Below, piece by piece: positions 11,282-22,879 of a DNA stretch of 64,000 bases; position 1 is the stretch's first letter, and each line of letters starts with the position of its first letter. Where the stretch lies: assembly GCF_006345805.1 (NCBI RefSeq), contig NW_021834241.1, positions 1 to 64,000 on the forward strand. Reading direction: 5' to 3'. This DNA comes from Octopus sinensis. Lineage: Eukaryota. Below the pieces are notes generated by a model. The model was not told the origin of the DNA, did no database searches, and saw only the letters and a program-made list of their open reading frames with translations. The position numbers and the translations under genes were made by a program.

Positions 11282-12125
11282 TGATGATGATGACAACGAT
11301 GACAACAGTGATGATGACAATGATGATACTGTTCCTGCTGATGAAGATATTGGTGATGATGATAATGAAGATGAAGATAAGGAGGAGGAGGAGGAGGAAG
11401 ATGACAATAATGATGATAATGGGGATAATATGATGAGGACAGTGATGATGACAACAACGACAATGATAAAGATGATGATGACGAATACGATGATGATGAT
11501 GATGATGATGACGACGACGACGATGACGATGATGATGGTGAAGACGATGACGACGACAGTGATGATGACAATGATGATTCCGTTCCTGCTGATGAAGATA
11601 TTGGTGATGATGACGAAGGTGAGGACGAGGGGGGGAGGAGAAGAAGGAGGAGCATAACAATAATGATGATGATGAGGACAATATGATGAGGACAGCAATG
11701 ATGACAACAACGACGATAACAAAGATGATGATGAGGAATACGATGATGATGATGATGACGATGACGACGACGACGATGATGATGATGGTGAAGACGATGA
11801 CGACGACAGTGATGAAACCGTTCCTGCCGATGAAGATATTGGTGATGATGACGAAGGTGAGGACGAGGGGGGAGGAGAAGAAGGAGGAGAATAACAATAA
11901 TGATGATGACAACAACGACGATAACAAAGATGATGATGAGGAATACGATGATGATGATGATGACGATGACGACGACGACGATGATGATGATGGTGAAGAC
12001 GATGACGACGACAGTGATGAAACCGTTCCTGCCGATGAAGATATTGGTGATGATGACGAAGGTGAGGACGAGGGGGGGAGGAGAAGAAGGAGGAGCATAA
12101 CAATAATGATGATGATGAGGAATAC

Positions 12126-12155
<30 letters not shown>
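11282..12155. repeat. Compound (GAT/GAC/GAG) repeat with higher-order units
   Basis: The marker gttcctgc(t/c)gatgaagatattggtgatgatga recurs four times (about 11330, 11582, 11820 and 12025). Confidence 0.9.
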
Positions 12156-12156
<1 letters not shown>

Positions 12157-13140
12157 GAAACAATAAACTAAAATCCATCCTTACATACCCAGAATCAATT
12201 TTCCATACAAATTCTAAATTCTACATTACCGATCCTTTCTGTGATTATTGAATGCCTAATTATAGTAATCAGAAATTCCCTAATTCCTCTACCATGTCAT
12301 TCCATTCCACTCCATTCCATTCCAGCCGATGATTTCAGAACTTTTCCTGTGCAATAAATAATCTTTCACAAAACCTGAAATAACCTCAACAAAACACATC
12401 ACTACTAAACTGCACTGAGACTCATAAAATGCATTTTATTCTTTTCCCTACATTTGATAAAAGAAAAATACTCATTACTTTATGAGTATCTAACCAGGAG
12501 TTATTTCTTGTATCTCACACTGCTTTAGCTCTCCCTCTTCTCTCTTTCTCTCTCTTATATCCCATATCAATATAAATAAACATTTGATATAACACATGCC
12601 AGTTATGAAATACTGTAAGCATAATGTTAAAAACAAATTTATAGGCTTAAACACTCTATATTCGCCAACAAGGATGTCATTATACAAAAAAGTTAATTGA
12701 ACCAGTAAAAGAGATCAGGCATGGCTGTGTGGTTAAGAAGCTCACTTTGTAGACACACGGTCTCAGGTTCAATCCCAGTGTGTGGAACCTTGGGCAATTG
12801 TCTCCTACAACCCCAGTCCATGAACATATATCCATGTTTGTGTGTGAGAGAAAGAGAGAGAGGGAGGGAGAGGGAGAGGAAGAGAGGGAAAGGAAGAGAG
12901 GGAGAGAGAGAGAGAGAGAAACATCTGTTTTTAATTTTCAGTGGAAACATGTCTGATCATGGAGAACTATTCTGTTACCAGGAAACTGCTGAGAGATGCT
13001 GTCAGGAAGGATATCTGGCCGTAGAAAAGAACCACTCGAACAAGCTCTGTCCAACCTATGTAACAATGGAAAAGAAAAGTGGTCATTAAAAATAATGATG
13101 ACGATGACAGGGACCTTCCTTCTTCCTTTCAGTTCGTTGT

Positions 13141-13147
13141 TTCAATC

Positions 13148-13178
<31 letters not shown>

Positions 13179-13186
13179 CCATCATC

Positions 13187-13223
<37 letters not shown>

Positions 13224-13297
13224 CCAACACCATCATCACCATCACCACGACGACGACGACAACAACCACCACCACCACCACCACCACAACCACCACC

Positions 13298-13347
<50 letters not shown>

Positions 13348-13354
13348 CATCACT

Positions 13355-13418
<64 letters not shown>

Positions 13419-13460
13419 CTATCATCATCAACATCATTTTTGTCATCGTCGTTGTTGTCA
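13141..13460. repeat. (CAT)n/(CAC)n trinucleotide repeat
   Basis: Directly visible. Confidence 0.95.
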
Positions 13461-13469
13461 TCATGCCAA

Positions 13470-13691
13470 CTCATAAGGGTCAGTTTCCTGGTTTCCATGG
13501 TGTATAAATAAGTTCCTCAGGCCAATGGGATGCTGTCCATTGCAGGATTACTCATTTTTGCCAGCTGAGTGGACAGGAGCAATGTGAAAGGAAGTGGTTT
13601 GGTCAAGAACACAACACACACCCAGTCCAAGGATTGAAACCACAATCTTGCAATCATGAGTTCAAAAGCCTAACAATTAAGTCACATGCCT
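13470..13691 (-). mobile_element. Old SINE with family C-like head and a different, V-domain-like 3' part
   Basis: Reverse complement reads aggcatgtgacttaattgttagg...cagctggcaaaaatgagtaatcctgcaatggacagcatcccatt...ccatggaaaccagg. The resemblance to the V-SINE central domain is from memory and untested. Confidence 0.55.
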
Positions 13692-13738
13692 ATACTTACT
13701 GATGATGATAGAGATAAATATAATATATATTTATATAC

Positions 13739-14146
13739 AGCAGGAGTGGCTGTGTGGTAAGTAGCTTGCTAACCAACCACATGGTTCCAGGTTCAGTCCC
13801 ACTGCGTGGCATCTTGGGCAAGTGTCTTCTGCTACAGCCCCGGGCCGACCAATGCCTTGTGAGTGGATTTGGTAGATGGAAACTGAAAGAAGCCTGTCGT
13901 ATATATGTATATATATGTATATGTGTGTGTGTTTGTGTGTCTGTGTTTGTCCCCCTAGCATTGCTTGAAAACTGATGCTGGTGTTTTTACGTCCCCGTCA
14001 CTTAGCGGTTCGGCAAAAGAGACCAATAGAATAAGTACTGGGCTTACAAAGAATAAGTCCCGGGGTCGATTTGCTCGACTAAAGGCGGTGCTTCAGCATG
14101 GCCGCAGTCAAATGACTGAAACAAGTAAAAGAGTAAAAAAAAAGAG
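13739..14146 (+). mobile_element. SINE family A, full length
   Basis: Consensus head and tail. Confidence 0.92.
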
Positions 14147-14725
14147 TATACATATACATAGACACACACACACAACAGATATACATATATATATAGATGT
14201 ATAAGGAAAAGAAAAAATTGTAGATGTAGGGGATCTTTAATTCATAATCCAGGTTGTTATAATCCAATATGAATTCTGCAACTCCTTTTAGTGTCTAATT
14301 AATTCCAAAATAAAAATGAAAAACTCTTCTTGAAGTAAAAATTAAATTCTTCGTAAACTCATCTACACCTACAATTTTTTCCTTTCCTTATAACTTCATT
14401 TATTGTTTTTGCAAATATTGAATATATATTTTTTATATATATAATCTTTGCTTGAACTGTATTGGCGGACTTGGATGTTTGACATCCCTTTGAAGGATTT
14501 CGGTCCTCACCTCTTTTATATAGATATATACATACATACATGCATACATATATATGTAGTTAATAAAAAAAAAAGCATATATCAGAAAGCAGCACACTCT
14601 AAAAATAGAGCAGTAATTATTACAACAAAATTTTAGATTGAGATGCCCAAGTTTTTGCATCCAAAAAGCCAAAATCTGATGAGGCTTTGGCGCTGTGGGT
14701 GCAAAACATTGGGTAGCTCTATATA

Positions 14726-14831
14726 CTGCGTGGCATCTTGGGCAAGTGTCTTCTGCTATAGCCCCGGGCCTACCAATGCCTTGTGAGTGGATTTGGTAGA
14801 CAGAAACTGAAAGAAGCCTGTCATATATATG

Positions 14832-14864
<33 letters not shown>

Positions 14865-15074
14865 TTGTGTGTCTGTGTTTGTCCCCCTAGCATTGCTTGA
14901 CAACCGATGCTGGTGTGTTTATGTCCCCGTTATTTAGCGGTTTGGCAAAAGAGACCGATATAATAAGTACTGGGCTTATAAAAGAATAAGTCCTGGGGTC
15001 GAGTTGCTCGATTAAAGGCGGTGCTCCAGCATGGCCGCAGTCAAATGACTGAAACAAGTAAAAGAGTAAAAGAG
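14726..15074 (+). mobile_element. SINE family A, 5'-truncated
   Basis: Starts ctgcgtggcatcttggg and ends in the gtaaaagag tail. Confidence 0.9.
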
Positions 15075-15354
15075 TATATATACACACACACATATATATA
15101 TGTAGGAGGTTGAAAAGGAATGCACGAGTTGATATATATATATATGAAAAAGTCAAGTTAGAACCCATAAGAGTAAACAACAGAGACAGAGACAGGCAGA
15201 AACAAGGAAAATGCTCCTTGTATTTGAATACTATCCAAATATTCGTTTTAAAAACTTTTCATTTAATTTTTCCAAAATTTAATTAAAAGTCTCAATAACC
15301 GAAACTGGTACTGAAATGTTTTTTATAGCATTATTTTAACATTTGCTACTTTTT

Positions 15355-15395
<41 letters not shown>

Positions 15396-15486
15396 GAATC
15401 AGAGATAAAACCACTATTATGCAACTCAATCGAATTTTTCCCTGTAAGTTTGGAGTTATACTCCCTAATATTATTATTATTATATG

Positions 15487-15805
15487 TCATCATCATCATC
15501 ATCATCGTTTAACGTCCGCTTTCCATGCTAGCATGGGTTGGACGGTTCGACCGGGGATCTGGGAAGCCAGAAGGCTGCACCAGGCTCCAGTCTGATCTGT
15601 TAGTGTTTCTACAGCTGGATGCCCTTCCTAACGCCAACCACTCCGTGAGTGTAGTGGGTGCTTTTTACGTGCCACCTGCACAGGTGCCAGGCGAGGCTGG
15701 CAACCGCCACGATCGGATTGGTGCATTTTACGTGCCACCGGCACGGAAGCCAGTCGAGGTGGCACTGGCATCGGCCACGATTCGGATGGTGCTTTTTACG
15801 TGCCA
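15487..15805 (-). mobile_element. 5'-truncated RTE LINE 3' end (family D)
   Basis: Matches the 3' UTR and (GAT)n tail of the LINE at 18086-19697. Confidence 0.88.
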
Positions 15806-16210
15806 TATGTATATATATATTTGTTCTTACTTAGGGTAAATATCAAAGCAATTTATCATTAAACTTTGCAGTGGAGTACATATTTATTAATTACAGTGTT
15901 TTTGAACTTTCAGCTTATTAGCCATCATGAAACAATCTAAAGACAGCTGTACACGCCCCCACACATACACACACAAACAGAGCTAGTGCCACATATAATG
16001 CGCCCATGCCAGTGGTGTATAAAATGCAATCATTCTGCTGCCACATAAAAGGCACCAGTATTCTCTGTAAAGTGGTTGGCATTAGGAAGAGAATCCAAGT
16101 TTAGAAATCATGCCAAAATAGACAATTGAAACCTTGTGCACTCTCCAGCTTTCCAGCTTCTGTCAAACCATCCAACCCATGCTAGCATGGAAAATGAACT
16201 TTAATTGATA

Positions 16211-16250
<40 letters not shown>

Positions 16251-16538
16251 TATATATATAGAAGGTTGAAAAAGAACACATGAGTTGATATATATAAAAA
16301 AAATGTCAAGGTAGAAAATGCTAAAATAATTTTATAAAAAACATTTCAGTACCAGTTTCAGTCATTGAAACTTTTTCAACTGCAAGTATGGAAAATAATT
16401 AAATTTTGGAAAAATTAAAAAAAGTTTTTTTAAAGAATATTTGTATAGCATTCAAATACAAGAGTTATTTTCCTTGTTTCTGCCTGTCTCTGTCTCTCTT
16501 GTTTACTCTTGTGGATACAACCTCAAACATACATAAAT

Positions 16539-16583
<45 letters not shown>

Positions 16584-16951
16584 ATCTCCTACATCTAATC
16601 TCCTCCATTTACATAAATATGAATGAATTTATTAAACTGCGTTTAATAAGTTAGATCATAAACTTAATATTTTCATATATAAGTTTTCATATCTACACTA
16701 ATTTACACAAGTAAATTCAAAATTAATGTATGAAGAAACAACGTTAAAAATCTTTGGAAATTACTCCAATTAATGGACAAACTCACATTTAACCTTTAAA
16801 AATATATACATATAGAAGTATATATTTGGTATATAATCTTATATATATATATATATATTTAGTTGGAATTTACAGAAAAGCAAAAGATGAAGACAGGTGT
16901 ATAAACAACAAGCAGATGTATTAGTTTAACACTCAGGAAAGTGAGAAAGTC

Positions 16952-16985
16952 TTTTACGTTTCGAGCCTATGCTCTTCAACAGAAA
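16952..16985 (-). ncRNA. Minimal type-I hammerhead motif with an A6U core change
   Basis: Minus strand UUU CUGUUGA A GAGC-AUAG-GCUC GAA ACGU A AAA. Confidence 0.6.
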
Positions 16986-16996
16986 CGAACACAAGG

Positions 16997-17034
<38 letters not shown>

Positions 17035-17174
17035 TATGGCCTGCTCACTTAGCCAGCGGTGGCGTCATTTGAAGGCTAAACAATGTGAAGCGCATTGTGA
17101 CCAGCAATGTGTAGCAACATTTGATAGCCTGGTCGGTCACGGTGATCATGGTGATATTATATATATATATATAT

Positions 17175-17335
17175 GACAGGTTTTTTCCCAGTTTCCATCT
17201 ACCAAATCCACTCACAAGGCCTTGGTTGGCCCAAAGTTGCAGTTGAAGACACTTGCCCAAGGTGCCACACAGTGGGACTGAACCTAGAACCATGCAGCCA
17301 GGAAGCAAGTCTCTTACCACATAGCCATGCCCGTG
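17175..17335 (-). mobile_element. SINE family A, 5' half (older)
   Basis: cagtttccatctaccaaatccactcacaaggc...cttaccacatagccat. Confidence 0.75.
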
Positions 17336-18018
17336 TATATACATTTATATATACTCACACATACACATATATACTAGAAAATACAAACTCGAGAAGAGAA
17401 TTAGGTGCAGCTCAATGAGCACCATGTTTTCTATTCTATATCTTGTATCTTTGACAACATGGTAACTTTCAAAATTTTGATTTAACCCATCTTTACTCCA
17501 GTGGTTAGCTTACCCACAACTGAGCATTATCATTTAACAGCAAATTTATGTAAATATAATCATTATATTCAACTATTAACATTTGCATACATTAGTGGTG
17601 TACATCTACATGTCATCATAACTCATCATTAATATAAGAAATATTGCATTTCTGATAATTGTTATTCACATCCACCTAATGTATTGATTAAGCATAAATA
17701 TTAACATTTAGCAATATTTTACATGAGCAATGCATCAGATACCAATGTGTGTGTGTGTGTGTGTACAAACATATATATGTAGGGTTGCCAGTGTGTTTAT
17801 ATAGATTTTATATTTACAGAGGTGTCTAATTGAGGGTCTATGCAGTTATGTGTGTGTGTGTGTGTGTGTGCGCACATCATGTGTGTGTGAAGTTGATGGT
17901 TACTTGAAATATACATATTCTATTTAACATATATAGTTCTGACTGGAGCGGAGATCATGTGATAGAGGTGTATATAAATGCACACAAGCAAGTATATATA
18001 TTACGTGTGTGTTATATG

Positions 18019-18085
<67 letters not shown>

Positions 18086-18087
<2 letters not shown>

Positions 18088-19697
18088 TCATCATCATCAT
18101 CACATCATCGTTTAACGTCCGCTTTCCATGCTAGCATGGGTGGGACGGTTCAACTGGGTGTGGGACCCGAAGCTGCACCCGGCCAGTCAGATGTGGCAGT
18201 GTTTCTACAGCTGGATGCCCTTCCTAACGCCAACCACTCCGAGAGGGTAGTGGGTGATTTTATGTGCCACCGACACAGGTGCCAGACGAGGCTGGCAGAC
18301 GGCCACGCTCGGATGGTGTTTTTTATATGTGCCACCGACACAGGTGCCAGCGAGGCTGGCAGACGCCACGCTCGGATGGTGTTTTTTTATGTGCCACCGA
18401 CACAGGTGCCAGACGAGGCTGGCAGACGGCCACGCTCGGATGGTGTTTTTTGTGCCACCGACACAGGGCCAGACGAGGCTGGCAAACGGCCACGCTCGTA
18501 TGTGTTTTCTTATGTGTCACCGACACAGGTGCTAGACTAGGCTGGCGGACGGCCACGCTCGGATGTTGTTTGTTAGTGCCCTCAGCACGGAGGCCAGTCA
18601 TTGCGGTACTGGCTACGGTCACGTTCGGATGGTTTTCCTTATGTGCCACCGGCACTGGTACCACAAGGATACAATTCCATTGATGTTCATCTATTTTGAT
18701 TTGGTTCGATTTGATTTGATACGATTCGATTCGATTCGATTCTCACTTGCCTCAACGGTCTTCACAAGTGTCACAAGAAGGAAGGTATGCACAGTGGACT
18801 GACTACTCCCAGGTAGGGGCCACGGATTATGGCTTCACTAGTCTTGCCGGGTCTTCTCACGCACAGCATACTTCCATAGGTCTCGGTCTCTAGTCATTTC
18901 CATGGTGAGACCTAACTCCGAAGGTCGTGCTTCACCACCTCGTCCCAGGTTTTCCTGGGTCTACCTACTCTTCCACGGGTACCCTCAACTGCTAGGGATT
19001 GGCACTTTCTCACACACCTCTCTTCATCCATTCTCGCCACATGACCATACCAGCGCAACGTCCTCTTGCACACAACAACTATGCTTCTTATTACAACATT
19101 TCTCTCAGGTACTAACGCTCTGTCGAGTAAGTACACTGACATTACACATCCATCGAGCATACTGGCTTCGTTCCTCACGAGCTTACGCATGTCCTCAGCA
19201 GTCACGGCCCATGTTTCACTGCCATGTAGCATAGCTGTTCGTACACATGCATCATACAGTCTGCCTTTACTCTGAGCGAGAGGCCTTTAGTCACCAGCAG
19301 AGGTAAGAGCTCCCTAAACTTTGGCCCAGGCTATTCTTATTCTAGCAGTTACACTTTCAGCGCACCCACCCACAACTACTGACTTGGTCACCTAGATAGC
19401 GGAAACTATCACTACTTCTAGTTTTTCCCCCCGGAAAGTGACAGAAGTTGTTTTCTGCAGATTTTCGGGGTCAGTGCTCCAGAGCACCTGCCACATACAA
19501 AAACTATCTTCCCAGTTAGCCTACCTTTGACATTGCTGCACTCTTATGTGTCCATAGCTTACACTGGTACATCTTATAGAGTTTCTACCTACACTTTTCT
19601 ACAGATCGAACAGGGCCATCTTCCTGATGATATTGTGGGTTTTCTACCTTTCTATTATTAGTACTTTGGTTTTAGCTAGGTTGCTCTAAGGCCCCTC
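18086..19697 (-). mobile_element. 5'-truncated RTE-clade LINE (RT thumb/C-terminus, 3' UTR, (GAT)n tail), frameshifted
   Basis: Translated remnants include NLAKTKVL..WPCSICRK..YLGDQVS..RLYDACVRTAMLHGSETWAVTAEDMRKL..LRWYGHVARMDEERCVRK..GRPRKTWDEVVKHDLR, which are typical RTE C-terminal motifs. Confidence 0.92.
18261..18665. repeat. ~60-bp tandem minisatellite in the LINE 3' UTR (about 5 good and 1-2 degenerate units)
   Basis: Unit tatgtgccaccgacacaggtgccagacgaggctggcagacggccacgctcggatggtgtttt. Confidence 0.9.
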
Positions 19698-19740
19698 GAT
19701 ATATATATAATATATAATAATATATATATATATTAATATG

Positions 19741-19775
<35 letters not shown>

Positions 19776-19948
19776 CAGAAGAGAAAAGAGTAGACAGAGA
19801 GAGAAAGAAGAGAAAGAGAGAGACGAGAGAGAAAGAGAGAGAGAGAAGTGGAGAGCATATCTTTATAGATATATATATACATATTTATATATGTATACAT
19901 TATATATATTCAGGTATAATAAATAAAAATGTGTGTGTGTGTATGTGG

Positions 19949-19988
<40 letters not shown>

Positions 19989-20273
19989 AGGTATTTAATA
20001 TGGAATAAAAGAGACAAAAGTTGTAACATGGCCTGCAGGATTTGAACATCACATCTGTTATAAACCAAATAGCTGTGCTGAAACTACTACACCAAAGTGA
20101 GATCATGATACTTGGCTACCTAGATTTGTAAAATTCAATTAATTATCTACAGTAACATACTAATGTTCAGTCAATGAACATCTCAGTCCCCACAATATTT
20201 GAGGTAGAGTACTATATATACAAAGTTTACTAAGAAATATGTATATACACTTCAAGAAATGGAAAATGAGAAA

Positions 20274-20685
20274 TGTGGCTGTGTGATAAGTAGCTTGCTT
20301 ACCAACCATATGGCTGCAGGTTCAGTCCCTCTGCATGGTACCTTGGCCAAGTGTCTTCTACTATAGCCTTGGGATGACCATAGCTTTGTGAGTGGATTTG
20401 GTAGACGGAAACTGAAAAAAGCCCTCGTGTATATATGTGTGTGTGTATGTGTGTGTGCGTGTATATATTTGCGTGTGTCTATATGTATGTGTGTCTGTGT
20501 TTGTCCCCCCACCATCACTTGACAACCGATGTTAGTGTGTTTAATTCCCCATAACTTGGTTCGGCAAAAAGAGACCAATAGAATAAGTACTAGGCTTACA
20601 AAGGATAAGTCCTGGAGTTGATTTGTTCAACTAATGGTGGTGCTCCAGCATGGCCACAGTCAAATGACTGAAACAAATAAAAGAA
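20274..20685 (+). mobile_element. SINE family A, full length (diverged)
   Basis: Head to tail present; carries the diagnostic variant ccatatggctgcagg. Confidence 0.85.
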
Positions 20686-20729
20686 TACAAAAATTTTTTT
20701 TAATCATGGGATTAATGCAACTTACCATT

Positions 20730-22340
20730 AATCCCTACAGATATTAGAGGTGCTCAAAATGGTAGCCATTAGTGGCTTATTAGTATGGTGTACTACCATT
20801 TTGGTAAGATTAGCTAAAGTATCCAATGAGATTGCTGCACATGTTGTTTCGATTTCTTTCCAAAGGGCCACCGGTGCAGCTGTTTTTCTGCAATACTTGA
20901 CATCATTTATGGTTTCCCATAAATAAAAGTCTGCAGAGAACATGTGGGGGACGCAAATGCAACACTTCATCCTTTCCAGTGTTCTTGCAAATTCTCATGT
21001 AGCTAAACATGCATATTTTGGCAGGAGTGTGGCAGTGCACCATTTTGTTGAAAGAAAAATTCATCAATAACATAAAGTGCATGTTTGGTCATCCCAAGGC
21101 TATAGTAAAAGACTTTTGGCCACAGTACCATGTAGAGGGACTGACCTGCAGCCATATGGTTGGTAAGCAAGCTACTTACCACACAGCCACACTTCTCATT
21201 TTCCATTTCTTGAAGTGTATAGCATATCTGGTTTTGCTTGACCAGAGACAGTATCTTCAAAGAAAAATGGTCTTATTAAACAAACCTCTTGATGACATTC
21301 TACACCAGACGTTGACTGCCAGTAAACTGACTGCTTTGTCCATATGCAGGCATGGATTTTCTGGTGCTCACTAAAAGCAGTCATGTCAGTTTAATGTTCC
21401 ATTTAGCTTAAATTGTGCTTCATTAGACTACACAATTGTCTTCACAAACTCTTCATCGTCGCCTACCATATATTGAAACCAATTGCGAAATTCAATTCTT
21501 TGATCAGGACCATCAACATTAAATGCATGTAATGATCTCAGGATGTAAACTTTCTACTAATCTCTTTCAAGAATGCTCACTACGCTTGTGCTGTCTGCTC
21601 CTGTCTTGTGTGTACGTTGTGTGGTAGACTTCTGTGGTGAATGCGTGAAATAGTCTCATACCATTGCCAAGTAAGGAGCACTTGTTACTGTATAAGGCCT
21701 GCTGGATTTTCCCTTCTGTACATCATGCTGTCATCACACTGTACCTTGTGTTTAGAACTAAGTATTTCCCCTGGCGTGATAACATTCTGACAGCTCGCCG
21801 CCTTTCAGTTTCTGCCTGCCTAATTTACTTACAAATGTGTGGTCATCCCAAAGCTATAGTAGAAAACATTTGCACAAGGTACCATGCAATGAGACAGTGA
21901 ATGCGACTGATCTTTGATATTTTATCTCTGAGCATGTTTCTGTGTTATTAGGCCTCTTCGGTGTATTTTATTTCATCGTCATGCAACATTTTCTTACAAA
22001 ATATTTTCTGTAACACAATCACTAAATTTGTTGGAGAATGGCTCAGTGGTTAGAGCGTTGAGCTTATAAGTGTGTGCATGTGTGTGTGTATACAAAGGAC
22101 TCCACACAGTTTCCATCTACCAAATTCACTCACAAGGCATTGGTCTACATCTACATGGGTCTTTTGTAGGAGTCCCTTCTGCACATCACGCTGTCATCAC
22201 ACTGTACCTTGTGTTTAGAACTTGTCATGAATCTATGAAATTTTCAGATGTGTTGGAAGTTCTGTTCCAACTGAAGCCTCCATTGTTGTTCAACATTAAT
22301 AACATTCTCAAGTTTGAATTATCACTTTAAAATGGTCTTA
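20730..22340 (-). mobile_element. Decayed IS630-Tc1-mariner transposase (HTH plus DDE), interrupted by two insertions
   Basis: Remnants in order: ENVINVEQQWR; FTHSPQKSTTQRTHKTG; DDEEFVKTIV*SNEAQFKLNG..PENP..AVNVWC..FFEDTVSG; EFFFQQNGALPH; DFYLWETINDVKYCRK..LWKEIETTCAAI. Confidence 0.85.
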
Positions 22341-22738
22341 CATTTCATAAGTGATAACCATACCTCTGCCATTTTATCACAGTTGCCTACAACACCATCA
22401 AGAAGACATAAGTTACCAGCTTTTTAATCTCAAAATAATGCCTGTTGACTATTTTACACATCAACAATTGTTCAAGGCAAACCTAACATTTTCAGTACTA
22501 CAACTTACTAACTGTAAAAATTATAGTAAAATTAAGGAAATATTTTCCTAAAATTTTTGATTAAAATTTAAGAAAAACATTTTTTTTATAAAGCCAGCCA
22601 TACTGAAAAGGGCCAAAACAGGTGAAAAGGTTAAAGGTAACTTGTATAAATACTGTGATATCTGCATAAATTTAGTATTATAATATTTCTACATGTTTTA
22701 CTTTCCCTGGAGTGTGTATCTATTTTGGTGGGGAAACT

Positions 22739-22777
<39 letters not shown>

Positions 22778-22879
22778 GGTGTGTGTGTATATGTGTGTGT
22801 GTGTGTATGTGGAGAGAGAAGGAGAGAGTGTGTGTTTTGTGCGCATACATACATGTATTTATGTAAAAATGACAGAAAA

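Noticed and set aside
12941-13089. Possible exon or pseudogene (KLLRDAVRKDIWP..EQALSNLC) with a good acceptor
   Set aside because: The protein-like reading needs a stop or frameshift, and the resemblance to a TBC-domain start is too weak to call.
14675-14720. CUGAUGAGGC hammerhead candidate
   Set aside because: GAAA is absent (caaaac) and no stem I complement is present.
18261-18665. CRISPR-like array
   Set aside because: Contiguous tandem units without unique spacers, inside a eukaryotic LINE 3' UTR.
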